DNA of 64,000 nt, taken from NCBI RefSeq assembly GCF_000150275.1, contig NW_002060944.1:6485102-6549101 (forward strand), in the 5' to 3' direction. The notes beneath the pieces are model-generated. The model did no database searches and had not been told where the DNA came from. It worked only from the letters and a program-made list of their open reading frames with translations. Origin of the DNA: Trichoplax adhaerens. Lineage: Eukaryota > Animalia > Placozoa. Made by a program: the position numbers and the translations under genes. Below, piece by piece: positions 25,701 to 39,433 of the stretch (its first letter is position 1; every line of letters starts with the position of its first letter).

Positions 25701-28700
25701 CTCATCAAGGGATCTGGCATCCATGATTGTTACGGTAAATTCTGTTGGGCCAACAAAAACGATTCTTTTACTATCACTACTAACAGATATCGCATCTGGG
25801 CCATAAATATCTCCTCGCGCAATAGTATACGGTAGCAGGCGTAACAAATCGTACGTCTGTGAAGTGGCATCATATAATGCAATAGCTCCTAGAGTACCAG
25901 CGCTATACATAAATCTACCGCTTGGCGAAAAGGCCAATCCTATAATACGCCCAGGGTGGTTTTTGCTAATAAAGTTTAGTAATACATTTAGCTTTAGATA
26001 ACAATATTTGGAGGGTAGACAGAAACGTACACTTGTATCATTTAATCAATGTACTGCAATATTTGTTAAAATCTCTAATTTCAAACATACCTATGTTCAG
26101 CTAGTAAACTAGATGTTCCGACATGGAAAGTTCGAACAGTTCCGTTTGTAAAGCCACAGGCAAAACACTGCTGACTTGGATGATAACAAATGGCACAAGG
26201 AACTTCTCCAGGTGCTTTAAAATCGAAGAGCTGTGAAATATTATGCTATCATTATACTTTACCGTTCAACATTGAAATTAAAATTAAGCAAAAACGGCAC
26301 CTGCGCATAAGTATCTATATCCCAAATTCGAATAGTCTCATCTCGCGATGCAGTTACCAAATGTCTGCGATGAGAATCAATAGATGCTGCAACTACTTGA
26401 TCCAGATGTGATCTCATAATCGTAACGTAGTTACGAGTAGAATATTCCAAATAGCCGACATTCCCCTATTAAAGCCAAATTTAAATAATATTTTATATCA
26501 CATATTGCGCAAGTTAAATTCCTCCATAGGTATTATACGAGATATCAATTGCTAAAAATAGCAACTTGAACTGAACTATAAGTACCGCTTTCGTAGTTAC
26601 TAGTATTCGTGATCCGTCCTTTGTAACGTCAATAGCGGCAATCGGTCCTTCATGTTCTAATCATTATTTTTATTACATTAGATACGTTTCATCGTAAATT
26701 TAGGCAGGAACAAAAGGCTTAAATAACAATCATCGCTGAGAGTAATATAATAACCTGCTTCCAGCAAAATAGTTTTAAAATCAAAAGCCCATAAACGTAA
26801 ATAACCATCATCCGTTCCAATAGCGAAGAATGATATTCCGGGACGAATGGTGTTAATACTAGAAACACTACTTTTAGAATCGGGGCCAACTGATGTCAAG
26901 GTATACACATGATCAATACATATTCTTCCATAATGAATTTCATATATACGTCCGGAAGCGCTCGATGCAAATCTAATGAAATAAAGTGGTCAAGTTTAAG
27001 GTATTATGCAAGCAGATGGTATATTAAAATTTCAAATTAATTACTAATCAGAATTTAGTTAGTACTAACAGTCTCCTATCTGGCACATTTTGTGACACAT
27101 TGAATTCATCAGCAAAAACGATGTCTGTGAATTCTTCGTTATGATAATCTTTTAAATTAACGGGACAAGATCTAAGGCTTTGTTCACGTATTCGCCAAAA
27201 TCGTATATTCTCAAGGCCACATGATACAAGTCTACAAGTTATGTTGATATTGCTTAATGTGACAATATAAAATTAAAATTTTTTTAAAATCTTTAGTTAA
27301 TAAATCTACCTAGTACTATCAAAGGCAGAAATTTTCATTTTAGATATGTTTGCGTCTGTATGAGCCTTAGCAATGACAGTGACTTCCCCAGATTTTTGAG
27401 CGTCTGATGTATTCCAAACTATGACTAACTGTAAATTGTAAATATAATTTTTTTAGTATACAGAAACTTCGTCACTTCTTAGACCATGATACTAATTAAC
27501 TTATCGGAATTGTGACCAAATAAACAAAACTCCACCTGTTTGCCATGATTATCTTTGCCAACACCACATAGTGTATCTCCAGAAAACGAAAAACTATGGG
27601 TACATCAAGCATAAAATTACAGATACAGTTTAGATTGAATGCAACTATCAATATCAAAACTTTTTGCGCTTCAATGAATGAGTACTATTTCAATCTTAAT
27701 CATTTTCATACCTTAATAAATAAACAGAATGGACATGAGATTTAAACATTGCAAGGCAATCACCACGATAAAAATCCCAAATTCTTATCACTGGCAATTG
27801 GCCGGTTTGCGAGGACGCAAAAACAGTCGAATTACCATTGAAAGAAAGAGAAGAAATCTATATCAAGAAATTTTTGAAAAGTAATAGCATTAGGTAAACA
27901 AAACTTTAAATCAGTAGAACTATTTTGGGATAGTAATGCTACCTTATCTGTATGTCCTATAAACAGCCTCTGGTCTCCACTGCTAACTTCCATTGCAACG
28001 ATGACAGCATTACAGGCATAGAGTACATGAGAACCATCACAAGTCCATAATGCCTTTCGTTAAAATGTTAATTATGTCTTATTTTCCATGTTTAATCAAT
28101 AAACACTACTTACGTAAATAGCTATTTCATTGTAGTGGTACACCAATATAACTAATGATTTACCTCACTTGTACTGCCACCAAAGCCAATGATACGTTTC
28201 AGGTTCAATATTGGATCTGGTTTCAATTTCTAAGATTCAGTTTAAATAATTTTAAGCGTCAGGAAAGCTATTGATTACTTTTTGACATTTGATTGATGGA
28301 ATGAATAATTATGCAAATAGTCCAAAAAATTTTACCTTTAACTTCGATTCTTCAGCCTTAGGAGCAGTTATAACTTTAGAGCGGACCTAGGCAAAAATAA
28401 ATAGTTAGAAAATGTAAGAGAATTACCAATAGCAGATAAATAATAACATGGATATTGTCAATTATTATTATACCCGTCCCGTTTTCTTATCGTGTTCATG
28501 AATTACGATTTGTTGCTTAGGATAAGCATAGACATGCACTTCACCATTATTGTCCGGGCAAGCACCAACTGGACCGTCAGCAGTGCCAGCTTTGGGTAAC
28601 TTAGATGGTACCTCACGTACCTATAACACGCACACCCCAATGTATATATTAATTCATTATAATTCTTAAAGTTAGTAATCTAATAGTCGCTATAGCTCCT

Positions 28701-31529
28701 ATAAATCAGCTAATCATTACCATATTTAGCTCTAACCTTAGTTCGTGGAGGTGTACCAAGTTTCAAAGGATTGTCAGGAATCTCTTTAACTTTATTCTAC
28801 ATAAGATGGAGTTAAATCGAAATAATTACTAATCAAATCAACCTAGAATGGTCAAATACAGGCTATCTGATTATAAATTCTAACTGATACGAAAGTTTTA
28901 GTACCTTTTTTCTGCTTGGTTTAATAAATCCTAGGGAATCTGATACCATTACAAGGGAAAGCAAGCATTACAAAATATCAATATTTATGTAAAATTATCG
29001 ATTATAAGAAGGCATACTTATAGTTTCTACGAAAAGTAACTATTAACGAAATAAGCTATTCTGCGTAACTTACGTTCTTTAGTATTATCAGTCATCATTG
29101 ATTGCCAATCCGTTTTATTTCTATGTGTATCAACAGGGAATTTTATGCAATCATAAACGTCGTACCAATCACGTCCTTTGGCTATAGGGAATGTCATTTC
29201 TCGTGGTAATGGCTCAATGCCAGCAACGGCAGTTTTACGACGGCTAGTTGAGAAACTCAGCCCTGATATAAGTAACAAATGGTTCAGTATCGTGTGTAGA
29301 GAGTATAAGTACATCAGTTTCGTAACATATAGAGTTTTACATATACATTACAATGAAGAGAAAATAAATGATAGCCGATGCAACGTACCAGGTTCATATT
29401 CCATATCGCTAGTGAATATACCTTTGACATACATATTGGCACATAGTCTGATGCTTTTTAGATATGCATACTTATAATTTAGATAAGCTGATAAAACATA
29501 TGACATGTCCAAAAGTAGAACAGTCCATCGCGTAGCAGAAGGTGCAGTGTCAGGCTGATCTAAAGGCGCGATGAGGCAATCATATAATTTACAACAATAG
29601 ATTAAGTAATCAGTTAGTATTCATTGATATTACGGTATACTGTAAGATAAGCCTACTTTGATGACTAGTGGAAAAACCCATCGATGTAATTTCATCGATC
29701 GAACCATTAGCAGGTTTAACAATAAACGGAAATTGTAACCACGTAGAAGTAGATTTAAATTCTCGAAATAAATTTGAGAATGATATCCGTACAATTAAGC
29801 CATCGTCAGTAGCTACATCCATATGGACGACAAAGTACTTGGATGGTATCGGTCGAAAAAGAAGATAAAGATATCGGCCAATCAAGCCTAAAGATTGAGA
29901 AGATGTCTTTGGGATTTGTAAGTAATTGCTAGCTGGTATCGAGCCGATAATCTTGAAGACGGATGAACGTAACGTTTTGTCCTATAAATCATGTACCGAA
30001 TCCATTATATAAATCATTTCTGATGCATTATGTTGTAAGCTGATAGACCGATAAACATCTAGAAGAGCTAGCTTTTGAATTTGCTAATTAGATAAGGAGG
30101 CATTCTACGAAAAAATTCTACTGCTACTACTACAAATAGAATATACTTTATGTACGGGTAAGAAACTAACTCTTATGTTCTACGTATATGTGTATATATA
30201 TATATATATGTTAAAGAAATTTCAATACCCTTCCTCAAGCTGATTATTTTACTGTATCTACGGTATTACATAACAACTAGAAAAAAGGCTGGTCGAAGAT
30301 ATGTTAGATCAGTAATTATTGAGCGATAAGCAGATATATTTTGATGTTATAAAACACAGTAGCAAGCGTTTATAAATGAATTTCAAGTGTCGATGTCAAA
30401 TGCTGAGATGCGATAGTTAATACTTGTACAGTACAATGCTAAATAATTATTTTACTGAAGCACAGTAATGCTATAGAACGAAGCAATAACAAATATGGTC
30501 CACTGTACAGTAAGTATCTTTACCATGGTAACCAATGCATCGCCTTCTTTGCTAGCTCGTTTAAGATTGAAGACATCGAAATGCTTGAAGACATTAACAT
30601 AAGGTTGCTGCCACACTATAACCATGAAAATAGAATTCATGAAAATTAAACATTAAAATAGTTAGAGTCATATTTATGATTAGTAAGTGTACCGCTATTA
30701 GCATACGTATTGCGTATTCCATTGTAATACAGTAGATATTAATTATCATACAAGCAATTTAGTTATTTGTAGTTCTGTAATGTTACCTATACTTTATCGA
30801 CATATAATAAAAATGTAACATCCTATCTATATTAGGCTGATGGCATGCTCTATTTCCATTCAATATGACTAAATTCACTGAAAGTGGGTTACTACTGTAC
30901 TACTATAGTGGATCGTAAGATAAATAAAAAATTCAACCCATTTTAAAAGTGACTACTACAATAAAATGATAAAGATTGGATTTACTACAGATTAATGATA
31001 TTAATTATCGAATCAACTTTAAGATGTACTACAGTAAAATGGTGAACATTAGATTAACTACAGACTAATTGATTACCGATAATGAATTATCTATCAACTT
31101 TAAAAATTGACTACAGTAAAACGGTCAAAATTGGATTACTATGTACAGGCTGTGATTATTGCTACATGCAAACTGCAAGTCTGCAACAGTAACATAAGTC
31201 GTGGATGTACACTGATTGTACAGGTACGGCTGGCCTTTCAATCTGCCTTTACTCGATGCATACATCTCGCTAATATGATTGCAAGAATCTTGCAAGCACT
31301 TGCAATAGACCCGAGTGCAAGATTCCTTATGTTTGTTCTATCCGATTAACTTGGAGATGAAGTTAATTATTGCCATTCTTGATGATATGGGTGAGCAATA
31401 AGTCTTAGGAATGATGCAATGCCATTTTACACACATACAGTAATCATGACTGTCATTGCATTTTACATTGGTGCTACTGAAACGTGGCAAGGTGACCATT
31501 AACTTCAATGTAAACTTACATTTGGACAT
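19733..31529 (-). CDS. WDR90: WD repeat-containing protein 90 (POC16; CFA20/DUF667 domain plus many WD40 repeats), about 45 exons
   Basis: First coding exon 31520-31529 (ATG TCC AAA T|gtaagt) splices to 30524-30615, giving MSKLWQQPYVNVFKHF. Next exon DKTLRSSVFKIIGSIPASNYLQIPKTSSQSLGLIGRYLYLLFRP...SFSNLFREFKSTSTWLQFP is the WDR90 CFA20 domain. Many WD40 exons follow; last exon 19733-19887 (GSFQDFVGHSDCIKTVKFSPSG...IWSVTV*). Alternative in-exon start at 30625 is possible. Exon count approximate. Confidence 0.93.
30945..31148. repeat. Degenerate tandem repeat (about 2.5 copies, 73-82 bp) in WDR90 intron 1
   Basis: ctaca(g/a)taaaa(t/c)g(g/a)t..a.att(g/a)gatt.act recurs at about 30956, 31029 and 31111; the first two copies end attatc..atcaactttaa. 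Confidence 0.7.
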
Positions 31530-31953
31530 GTTGTCAATAATTTGAACAAGCTTGAAATCTCTTGTATTGACCGTCAAAATTATTCAATGGCAACACCATC
31601 AAAGTAATGCAGTAAATTAATTAATGACAAGAGGAATAAGTTCAAAATGGCCGATCAAGTTGTAGGCTACTATTTCCGGTTGGGACCAGACTGGCAATAG
31701 CTAAAATCAGTCAAAGGAGTGACACACGGAGCTGGAGTCAACCTGCAAGATTGAATCGCCGCTGGCTGACGTGCCCAAGATCGTGTCAATAAACTGTAAC
31801 TGAGCAGGTAGCGGTCACACCAACTGAAGTGACCGTTAATAGCTTACATAAAAGTGATAGCAGCACAAAACAAGCATCCTGTTTGTCTTACAGTTAGAGT
31901 ACTCTATCATGCCTCTCTACGATACGCTTTACACTGAATAAACCAGCCATCAA

Positions 31954-32254
31954 TACTGTACAATGTACAGTACATCTACTGTACACTGTACACTACTCAC
32001 TCAGTCAGCCGTATCTGGTACTACTACTGTACTGCTACAGTACTACTGGATATTCGTAGTACCGTACTGTTTAGAGACACGGCCGAGAGGAGACGTACCG
32101 CGAAAAAATTTTGAAATAATTGGACATGCGTATATTCGCGGTCCCGGTTCTGTTGAAATACTGTACACGTCTGTACGTCTGTACTGTACAAATTACAAAA
32201 GGCTACAGTACAGACGTACTGTACTGTCAATGATCATAACGTTACTGTACTGTA
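31954..32254. promoter_or_regulatory. TACWGTA motif cluster upstream of WDR90
   Basis: Eleven exact TACAGTA/TACTGTA (31954, 31966, 31977, 32025, 32036, 32159, 32182, 32204, 32217, 32243, 32248) plus TACCGTA (32060) in 300 bp. Confidence 0.6.
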
Positions 32255-32450
32255 CAGGGTGTCTCATAAAAAATCGACGACGATTGAAATGATCTGAAAA
32301 CGTAATATCATGACCAAATTGGACAAATTTAGTATCAATCGATAGCTTAGATGTGTAAAAATTCAAGTATCATAATAAAAAATGTAAAAAATATCCATTA
32401 ATATGTTACATTGTTGGGGATGATCGGGCAGGAAATGAACATGGACTACT
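32253..32450 (+). mobile_element. Left terminus of a Tc1/mariner-type (CAGGGTG-ended) non-autonomous element, apparently truncated
   Basis: TA target dinucleotide (32253-54) followed by CAGGGTGTCTCATAAAAAATCGAC, a terminus shape typical of ITm/mariner-superfamily TIRs. No matching right TIR (GAGACACCCTG-TA) found by eye in the window. Right boundary is arbitrary. Confidence 0.5.
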
Positions 32451-33887
32451 AAATACCAGTGTCGAGCAGAATCTGATAGTCCATAGAATAGAATGAATTT
32501 ATCCGATCTGAATTTATTGGATTTAATATAATTTTGAAATCTGACGCATGCACATCCTGGATGATTTGATGCCTACCTACATTGATCTGTTACATATACA
32601 CACAAGCCGAGCTGGAAGGCACTCATCTCTAGAATACGAATTGAAAAGTTTTAACAATTTCAAGCCATACCCTTAACCCTAATATCAGTGCTACGTCTCA
32701 ACAGTCACTGCGTAAATCTACAGGACACTGTACACCATGCCAGTCTAAAGAAAAAGAGGCACTGGTAGTGGTAATGAGCTGTACAGTTGTAAAGTAAATC
32801 AATCTCAGTAATAGCATAACATGCATCCAACGAACCGCTATGTCCGTATATTATACATACGATTACAACATATACTCGTAATGGCCAGGTATAGGACATC
32901 ATGTTTCATTATTATTGTTTATTAGGAATTTCATAGTTGATCATTGAGCGAACACGAGTGTAGCTCTAGTCAGAGACCATTCGTCTCTGATGTAATATAT
33001 CGATTGCTATAATCACCATCAGTCAAAAACTACAAGGCTTATCCGTACTGCAAATGGTTTGCAACTGGAGCTATAGACTTTTTCTACCAGAAATTTGGAT
33101 AAAATTATAATGAACTTATTGTAGTGGATATATTGGTGTAAGTATGATACAGCACCGGATACTAGACTATTAGATAACTGGTACTAGATGATTTAAGAGT
33201 ATCGCTACCTTAACACTCTGTAGACTTTTATCGGCACATTAGATTATCCACAAAAAAGTTATTAAATCCAGCTGACGTTAAGTTACGTAACAGCATAGCG
33301 CAGTCAAAGACTACAAAAAGATGCTGCAAGCCTGTACAGAATTGCGTAACATCAATAGATATACGGTAAGAGTACGCATTCATACTCAGAGTAAATGCAC
33401 ATTTAAGCTAAATTGATGTGACATTGGAATGTACTGTTCAAAATACCAATACAGTACAACTTATACTGTCATCGGGTATACGAAATATCAACATAGTAAG
33501 CAAAACCTATGGTATGCACATGATATATATTATGCACACTACAAGTCAAATTGATGCTCTTGCCTACAGCTCAAAGACATAAAACAGTAAATGTCAACGC
33601 AATAAAAAATGTTTTAAAAAGCAAACAGGTTATCAATTAACTAATACACGTAGCAAGCTAAAAGAATTCTATGAAGTAAAATGCATAATATCACATTGTC
33701 TGAGAATATAGTAATAACATTGTTCAATGAATCATGGATAGACACATATTTTCAAGTTCAATTTAGTAAAAATAGCTGTGCGTCAAAACTTATATTACAG
33801 TACCAATTTATTATTATATTGCAAAGTAGCTATACAATAAATCAGAATAGTTTCTTATATCTTCTGGTAAGCATCATAGGAGCCTAT

Positions 33888-36800
33888 TTACATTCTCCGA
33901 AATCCCTTGCTACGGTATCCACTGGGATCTCGGTGATATTTATCACGGTTCTATAATTATAACGAATTTAATAAAATTTTAATAAATTACTGTGACCGAT
34001 ATCCGCCGTCGTAACTCAGAAATTCATTAATTTAATATAATATGCTACGTTATATGGTCATAATTATGAATATTTATTTTACAGTATACATACTTTAGAC
34101 GAATTTTTCTGATCTTGGTATCTCTGAAAGGGGCTTTTCCCCTTCAAGAAAGAGGTAATCTTACTTTTATTCTCTTGATCTTTTTAATCTATGATCAAAT
34201 AGAGGTCATTATAATGTATGAATTTGATTCAAAAGTAATAGTTAAAGATAATAAAACCATTGGAAAAATTTTGCTCTACCTTTCCACGATCTATTTCTTC
34301 ATCAAGAAAGTGACGTTTCCGTTTTAAATCTCCGGTTTTATATTTTTCAAGGTTACTCTCGTCTCCTTCCCAACTTTTAACTGTGATCACGTAAATATAA
34401 AAAATAAACATTGAAAAGCCTTAATAGCTACATAATAACTTGTAAGCAGTATTATTATACCGGAAATGCTGTAAGCATCACGAGACTTCCTATCAACACG
34501 GCCCTCTTCGCTTCTACCCTGAGATCCATCCCAATGAGATCGATTTGCTTTGTTATCGTCCCACATTTTTACAGGAGCTGCGTTGGGAGTGCGAGGTGCT
34601 GATTGGTCGTAAGTTCCGATAGATAACTCATTCACAGAATTATGCGACGAATTCATCGTATTATTGTGACTATCAATTAATTTACGCGAAGATGAAGACT
34701 TTTCTTTCAATTTTTTATGTTTCTTTGAATGTTTTTTATGGTGTTTCTTATGTTTCTTCTTTGAATGCGAACTTCTTCTATCATCATTACTTGACGTTCT
34801 TTCTTTTTTAGCTCTCACCATTTCTTCTTCATCGCTACCATCACTAGAATGCCTATGATTACGTTTCTTTTTCTTTTTCTTTTCTTTCTTTTTCTTACTG
34901 CTTGTCAAATACTCTTCTTGAAATCTTTTCTTCGTCCGATCGTCATTATTATGCGGCGGTTCAGATGAGATTGACAAATCTACACATTGATCATCTTTTA
35001 AAGTAGTTTTATGATGCAACATAGGCTCGTCACCTGCACCACCTGAATCGTTACATTCAGGCTGATTCTTTTCTATATCTTTTTCGCTGGATCCCACAGT
35101 TATTTTTGGCTTTTCTCCGTCTAGTGAATTACTTTTATTACTTTCTGGCACTTCTTTGCTAACTTCTTTGCTTTCTTGCTCTCGACTTTTAAAATTCTTA
35201 GCATCCGATGTTATTACACGCGGACTAAATGGCTTAAGTGATAATACCTGGCGAGGGACAAACCCTTGCTTGATTTTTTTCTGCTTTAAACTACCGATAT
35301 TTGATGCTTTTTCTTTCTCATTTTGCATGTTTACATTGTGCCTTTTCGTTAATTTCACTATATTATCATGTTCTAACGTCTGAGGTTGGCTAGCTGGACT
35401 AGATATTTTTTTAGGAGAACAGTCTAGGGATTTAGAATCTGATGTAGAATTTGAATTCTGTTTAAGAACAATGTTCATCTTGGGTACGGTCTCTTTTGAG
35501 CTAACTGGTATAAAAGTAGATCGAGAGAAATAATTTCCACGATCTGCCGGTTTCTTTAAGTGCTTCATAGGACCTTTGAAAAGTCAACATCAATATTGAT
35601 TAATCATACAGAATTTTTTTTTAATTTTTATCTAATGATAAAATTTGATCATCTCCTTACTCGAGGAAAACGTTTGATTATGATTTGACTTCGATGACGA
35701 ATTATTAAACATTCCTTTTTCAGATTCGGAAGAAGATAACTAAAATTTTTATAATCAAATAGTTAGACAATAGTTGCATATAAATGCTTACAGCTAATAT
35801 CAGAAATGATAGAATTATATAACACTAATAATAGTCTCAAAGTACCGTCGGTGAAGAAATGTAAAATAAAATATATGCTTCTTGTAGTAAAACAGCATTT
35901 ATGTTGGATTTGGTAACCTAAATTTTGAAGTCAAGCAAAAGGATATAGCTAAAGTTGTCTACCTTTTTAGCTGCATATGCAGGTACTGAATATTTAAATT
36001 ACATTAATACAACAGTACTGTAATCTCAATCAATTAATCTTTAAAGCAATGTTAAACTTACGTGGGAGTCATTCATGCAATACCATTGGTTATTTGATGA
36101 TTTTACATAACAGTAGTAATGTCCGCTATTACAAGAACCACCAGAATGTACTAAAACACCATAAAGATTATATAGAAGAGGAGAACCTGTTTTACTTGTC
36201 ATGTATGGGCGCAAATCGAGTGTTTCAGTGAACTTTATCTTTCTAGAATTTTTCCCTCCAAATAAACTAAATTTGTTGAATCTGAAACAAAGTTAAAAAG
36301 TTTCCTGCAACTATTCTGAAAGTGCATCCAAGCATGAAATAGATTTATGACCAAAATTTTAAATTACCTTTTTATTGGTATAGTTAGTACCACCGGGGCT
36401 CTGTGAATAGTAAACTTTTTCATAGCTTTCACTTTGACTTTACATCTTATTAAAAATATATTCAAGCATACTAATTTTAATATATTGATACAGATATGAA
36501 CAACATCAGCCATAGCGTGAATAAATAACATCAACTAACAATATTTCCACTCCTTTCACAATCACCTACTTTGAACATGTATACATATCACGTCCAGATA
36601 AAATTTCCGGTTCTATAAACTTTCTTAACATTGCCGACAAAGTGTTAAGATCCTGAAATGTAGTAATACAGAACGTTATACAATATAAATACTTGGTTTT
36701 AAATCTATTTCAAGAACAAGGAATACAATACCGCTATATCTAGTGACAAATCCAACATTGGATCATATTTAATAGACTTGTATTTACATTGAGCGCATTG

Positions 36801-38450
36801 TACTAATGAAATAATAAGCAATTCATTAGTTTCATAGATAAATGCATAAGATCCAGTAAGATAGATAACAATACTAATAATTAATTTATCCACTATCTAA
36901 CTTCGAGAAGATGTCAGCAATATCAGCGTAGAGCACTATTTAAAAAACTTCATTTTCTCTTACCTAAACTTCTCAGATATCCACCAAAGATTCGATAGAT
37001 CATTGTAGTATCTTTAGAGTATTGATCCAGACTAATAGTAATTAAATACAAGATTAAACATAAAATAAGTATTGGTTCACTTTGCGATATTCATTATAAT
37101 CTATTTGAACAAATCACCAATATATGACGTAGTCTTGAAATTGTTAACTAACTTACAAAATAATGAATATATACTAAGTACAATTTGACATTAATCGCAT
37201 CTACTATTGAATCTATCGTAAGGTCTTTATGGATAATAATAATTTATCACAGTATATTGTCCGTATGTAGAACCAATTGTTAAGTACAGATATAATTTAA
37301 GCATGAGTACATCCATAATTATTTACAAGATCTAGATAAACAGCGCATTTCATTTACTGATGTGTATTAAATGTATAGAAATTTAATTTTATATAACCAA
37401 GATCGAATCGATATGAAAGTGTTTACAATTTACATAAAGTAATAAGATGTGAAGGAATGTATACTTATTAAACGAATAAACCTTACTTTTTCGGGTAAGC
37501 AGCTAAACAACTACTTTGTATGCCATCAACAAGATATCTTAGGAATTCGTGTGCATCTTCTTGACGCCCAAACTGAATATGACTAGCAATATCTATTAAG
37601 ATTCAATGATATCAAGTTATAGGTATTGAATTTAATGTAAATGATAGTATGGATGAATTCCAAAAGTTATTAAAAACAAAGAAGCATGTTTTATTGATTA
37701 GATAGTTCTAAATTGAGGTTTATTATTTGAATAGTAAGATAATTTTTACTTTTTAGTTTATTAACAATCGGCCAAGGTTTAACCGACGAGCCATTGGACT
37801 TTAAACAGCGTACCATCAGACTTTGTAATTCACATAGTACACAAAAGCCAATTTTTCTACCTATAAGGAAAGGCAAACATAGAACGATTAAGATTATAAG
37901 AATTAGATTATTGAACGTGAAGATTATTAAGATGATACAATAGAGTTAATGTCGTACCCTAAAATGTACGTAAAATGTAGCTTATTAATAAGATTGTAAC
38001 ATAATATAATCAAATAGTGCACTTACAGTCTTTTTTGTGTTGTTCAGCTAAGGCATAATTAGCTAAGGGTGGTGTATAACATAAACATTGCAGGACTGAA
38101 TTTAAATAGCAAGTGTTACCAAGGTTAACAAGACCAGCACCAATAGGCTTTATCTTATTCCAAGTTAATTTGATATTACTATCAGGATAAATAATGACTT
38201 TTGGAGATGGTATACCATCGTGTTGACGCGAATTGTTATCGTCATTCTTTGATGGAGACGATTGTTCCTGTTCATTTGCAGGCTTGCTCTTGCCACTATT
38301 TAATGGTACATATTTCTTTTTCAACTCTGTATAACTTTTATCAGCAACCTTTTCGGCAATAAAATCGATATCTTGTAGTAAGACTTCTCTGGTCGATGAT
38401 GCTAACTGACTGTCGTCAAAGGTTGAAGCCGTTATTCTTTGCTCTGGCAT
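33888..38450 (-). CDS. USP36: Ubiquitin-specific protease 36/42 family (nucleolar DUB)
   Basis: N-terminal [25 protein letters not shown]; Cys box [29 protein letters not shown]; [16 protein letters not shown]; His box [24 protein letters not shown]; large basic exon 34461-35574 with poly-Lys NoLS-like tracts; C-terminal DEEIDRGK...PFQ; stop at 33888-33890. Frame anomaly at 34124-34188 (see findings). Confidence 0.93.
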
Positions 38451-39433
38451 GCTTTATTGAAGAATGTTGACAGACGACTAGTTATAAACGTAGTATCATG
38501 CAGGTTTAATTGGCTAAGGATGCAAAGGAATTAGTAAAAGATGAAATAGCACATGTATCTACTTTACTCTCTTGTTAAGATTGGATAAGCACGGATAAAT
38601 GATTATAGACTTGATTGCTTGCTAGATCAAGGTGGCAACGTTGTCATTCATTGACAATATCGCTGGGTACAATGATTGATTTCGATGTGGGTAAGATGGA
38701 TACATAAATGATTTGAAAGATAGATCGAATGTAAGATAGTAATACAGTTTCATTAATAACAACTTGAATGATATTATTATTTATCTGGTGAGCCTTTCTT
38801 GATGATCGTAAAGTATTCAATTCATTAATATGATTATCTACCTATGCCTGCCTCTACTGTCATTTATTAAAATGGATTTATGGATCAATTTCATCGGACA
38901 CTTACCGATTTCAAGATAGACCGTTAATTTTGCTTGCTTGATGCAACTTGGATGGATTAATCAAGTCATCAACGAGTAAAAGACATCCAATTACAATATG
39001 AACAGCTAGAATCCAATGACGATATGAAAAATTTCTTTGGAAACAGCAACTACCTCTAATTGATGAGGTAATCCAAGCGCGCGAAATCGGATTCACCCCT
39101 CATGACCAGGTGTTACCACCAATGTTCTATCTCGACTGTGCGAGTCTACGTAATCGTATTTAGTCTATTCTGTGATTTTCTATTGATCGTATACTATCCA
39201 AATACGTAGAACCTTGATCCTGTTGGCGTAATCGAATAGGTTTGATCTGCAATCACCAGCTCTGTCCTCGCCAATTTAATGCAGCAGCGATGTCTGCCTA
39301 TAGGCTCTGCAGGTAATCGGCAGGAATCGTCCTTGAGATTCTTACTATTTCAACATGAGTACCTATGATGTATACTACCCGGTACACCAATTTACGCGAT
39401 ATGCCACACTATAGTAGTAGAAAATACTTTCGA

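Noticed and set aside
31963-32292. 109-aa and 68-aa ORFs rich in Y/S/T/V/L/Q/C
   Set aside because: Their composition is simply the translation of TACAG/TACTG chains; the same applies to ORF 39591-39785.
34144-34146. In-frame TGA near the USP36 end as selenocysteine or readthrough
   Set aside because: The conserved PFQ motif and the phase of the last exon are in the other frame; no SECIS seen.
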